DNA from: Halocafeteria seosinensis
Taxonomy: Eukaryota
Assembly: GCA_001687465.1 (NCBI GenBank)
Contig: LVLI01000386.1
Span: 1-64,000 of the forward strand
DNA: 64,000 nt
Direction of reading: 5' to 3'
Shown here: piece by piece, positions 61,591 through 64,000 of the stretch
Numbering within the stretch: position 1 is the stretch's first letter
Layout: every line of letters begins with the position of its first letter
The notes under the pieces: generated by a model
What the model was told of the DNA's origin: nothing
Seen by the model: the letters and a program-made list of their open reading frames with translations, nothing else
Databases searched by the model: none
Position numbers and translations under genes: made by a program

Positions 61591-64000
61591 TTATAAAAGT
61601 TCAATGTTTACCCCCTTTCCCTGAGCGTGATCTATGCTACATTTTAATTTTAGCTGTTCCTTCTCCTGGGCAGCGACAGGTTTCTCTAGAAAAACAACGG
61701 TCTGTTTCGTCCATGGAAGAACAGAGGCTCCTGGAGCACTTGGGCTAGATTCACGGTTCAGCTTAGCCAGTGGAGCACCACTAGTGATCCCATTTGCACC
61801 AAGTTCCGCAGCTTCATACGACTCCAAAACCTCTTCGATTGCCTGTGCGTTAGCATTATTGGTCCCCCCACCTTTTTGATGTTTTCGCATCTTCATGTCC
61901 AGGTCTACCCACACGATCACCGCGTTCACTTCCCGATTCGGGTACAACGGAATACATTGAAACGTCTCAAAGTAACTGTTGCCCTCTTTGAATGCTTGCA
62001 CTCCAAAATTCATCTCAAGAAGACTCACCACCGGAGAACTCATGGTAAATTCATACTGCCACAGAGGATAATTGTAGTGTTTGTGACACCAGTCATTTTG
62101 AATGTTGTCAAACCATCTATGGGAAAACCCGCACACCTCTCCAACGAATCCGTGGGTATGGTAGAGGTCTGATAAATCAACTGCGGCAGCCCGCAGAATT
62201 GCCCTTCCGGGAAACGTTACACAGTCATACTCTATTGTGCGAGCGATTGCTGAGCTTCTGTACCAATAGTTGAGTGCCATCCAGATTTGCTGATTGCTCA
62301 TCTGGTAGTAGTATGCTTCTCCTGAGATAGCCACGATTCCTGTTGCAGCCCCCTCGGTCGTTTTGGCATCTTCATCCTCGAACATTTCTGTGGTCTCAAC
62401 CAAGTTCTCTGCTACTAAAAATCGTTCTAGAAAGTCTTCGTCTTCCAAAGAATAGGAGAGCGCCCGAGCAACTTGAGTCCAGACCATTTGAGACATTTCT
62501 TTATCCTCTAGTGTTACTACATCACCAAAACTGAAATTGGAACAGCTTTGAAACGCTGCCATTACAAGAGCACACACACTGCCGTCTGATATGTCGATAG
62601 CTGCACGGCATCGTCCGTTCGTCTGCCCAAGGTTTTCAAGGTTCTTTGAAACTGTTGCACACAAAGTGTCGGTGTAGAGTTTTGAATTCAGCATGGCTAT
62701 CCGCTCGATACTGTTTAGTTCATGAAGCCCACATACACATTGGTTCTCTTCAATTAAATCCATGTCTTCAGAATTTGCCGATATAGTTTCTTGTACTACC
62801 ATGAACCGAATCCTCACGTCGGTTGCCACACAATGTAAACTAAGCCTCATTCCTTTCTGCAAAGGGTGAACTCGGTCAACTAAAGGATGAACACATTGCA
62901 CCCAATGATCTTGCCAGCCCCAAAGCTCCTCTTTGCGCTGCTTCTTGGTGCAGTCTGATGAAAATTGAGGCGTGTTCAAAAACATTGGCCGCGTACTGTA
63001 AACATGGGGCAAAGGGTCATTTCCGAGTTGCCAGTCGACCCCACCAATCGAACCTATGGATTCACTCAACAACGTCAAGTCCCACCATATTGCGACCACA
63101 TCTGCATTTCCCGCGCGTTCGACGGGAGTATTAATGACGACCCCTTCATCGGGGAGAACTTCGCCGCTCTTATCCACTACGTATCCTTTCCGCATATCTA
63201 CACGAAAACATTCAAATTCTCCCGACAGTGGTTCTATGTGGTTTCTGATGGAATCCAAGTGCACAGGCATCAGCAGCGAAACGGGGCAGGAATCTTGGTC
63301 AGTTTTTCCCATGGCCTCAACCCAATCCTTTCTAGATATTGGAATATTCACCGTTTTGCCTCCACTCGGCACTGTAAGTGATGTGTCTCTGGTATCAAAG
63401 AAGCTTCGACACAGTGGACTACTTAGTATTTGTCCGTATACTATAGCAGATTCTGGTATCAAAACAGGTTCTTCCACCAACAATTCTTGTCGAGCGTGCC
63501 GAATCACGGGAAGCACGGCTTCTCCCAGGAGTGCGCTATCCAGAATTTCAGATACCATTATATCACATCGCTGAGGAATATCATACTCTTGCGCATCAGA
63601 CCCTTTGGGGGCGACCGTAAGATCAGTGCTCTTCTTGGCAAAAACATCAACTGGACCAATCGGTTCCCCGTACACATTTTTCACTTCCTCTCCGGTAGTG
63701 GTTGTAAAGTTTTCTTCCACAGTTTTCTTTGCAATATAAGCCAACGATTCAAACATTTCACAGGCGTACACATGTTTTGCCCCAGCACGTGCTGCCATCA
63801 TGGACAGCAGTCCCGTTCCACATCCAACATCCAATACCACTGGAGCTCGTCCATGGCGTTCTCGAAACTTGGCAATCGCCGCCCGAAGTGCCGCGTCGTA
63901 TTTGACGTTCCTCTGCTTGTCTTTGAGCATGGACGCCATCTGACTAGTGGATATGGCTTCGTGGAATTTGGATTCCTGACTTGCTGCAGGATTCCACTGG
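61591..64000 (-). CDS. PRMT7: Protein arginine N-methyltransferase 7-like, 5' end beyond the window
   Basis: MLKDKQRNVKY, VLDVGCGTGLLSMMAARAGA, VSEILDSALLGE, WQDHWVQC, and a degenerate second module (IDISDGS, YPLWQY). The frame stays open from 63939 to the window edge (QWNPAASQESKFHEAISTSQM). Confidence 0.87.
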   Translation of the reverse strand, partial: QWNPAASQESKFHEAISTSQMASMLKDKQRNVKYDAALRAAIAKFRERHGRAPVVLDVGCGTGLLSMMAARAGAKHVYACEMFESLAYIAKKTVEENFTTTTGEEVKNVYGEPIGPVDVFAKKSTDLTVAPKGSDAQEYDIPQRCDIMVSEILDSALLGEAVLPVIRHARQELLVEEPVLIPESAIVYGQILSSPLCRSFFDTRDTSLTVPSGGKTVNIPISRKDWVEAMGKTDQDSCPVSLLMPVHLDSIRNHIEPLSGEFECFRVDMRKGYVVDKSGEVLPDEGVVINTPVERAGNADVVAIWWDLTLLSESIGSIGGVDWQLGNDPLPHVYSTRPMFLNTPQFSSDCTKKQRKEELWGWQDHWVQCVHPLVDRVHPLQKGMRLSLHCVATDVRIRFMVVQETISANSEDMDLIEENQCVCGLHELNSIERIAMLNSKLYTDTLCATVSKNLENLGQTNGRCRAAIDISDGSVCALVMAAFQSCSNFSFGDVVTLEDKEMSQMVWTQVARALSYSLEDEDFLERFLVAENLVETTEMFEDEDAKTTEGAATGIVAISGEAYYYQMSNQQIWMALNYWYRSSAIARTIEYDCVTFPGRAILRAAAVDLSDLYHTHGFVGEVCGFSHRWFDNIQNDWCHKHYNYPLWQYEFTMSSPVVSLLEMNFGVQAFKEGNSYFETFQCIPLYPNREVNAVIVWVDLDMKMRKHQKGGGTNNANAQAIEEVLESYEAAELGANGITSGAPLAKLNRESSPSAPGASVLPWTKQTVVFLEKPVAAQEKEQLKLKCSIDHAQGKGVNIELL

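Overview
Compact eukaryotic (protist-like, flagellated) nuclear DNA with short GT-AG introns (about 55-120 nt). In order: a multiply frameshifted ubiquitin-like/2OG-Fe(II) dioxygenase pseudogene; an ankyrin/U-box E3 ligase whose second U-box appears nested inside the first; an axonemal inner-arm dynein heavy chain (DNAH2/I1-beta type, about 14 kb, one 5' intron); CLP1; two tandem paralogous fibrocystin-L (PKHD1L1)-like membrane proteins of about 3,800 aa; an ankyrin/FN3 gene and an LRR gene that converge on a shared CTAG; CIA2/FAM96B; a TruA-family pseudouridine synthase; an intronless RNI-type LRR gene; an aprataxin-like HIT protein; a CEP43/FOP-like LisH protein; and a 5'-truncated PRMT7. 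No rRNA, tRNA, CRISPR array or intact transposon was recognised. I see no proven new system. The best leads are the nested U-box, the non-cleavable ubiquitin-dioxygenase fusion, and the fibrocystin-like pair (conserved C-terminal KVxP motif, RxxL sites, a paralog-specific intron, hairpin-rich upstream regions). All family calls come from motif recognition by eye; no database search was run.
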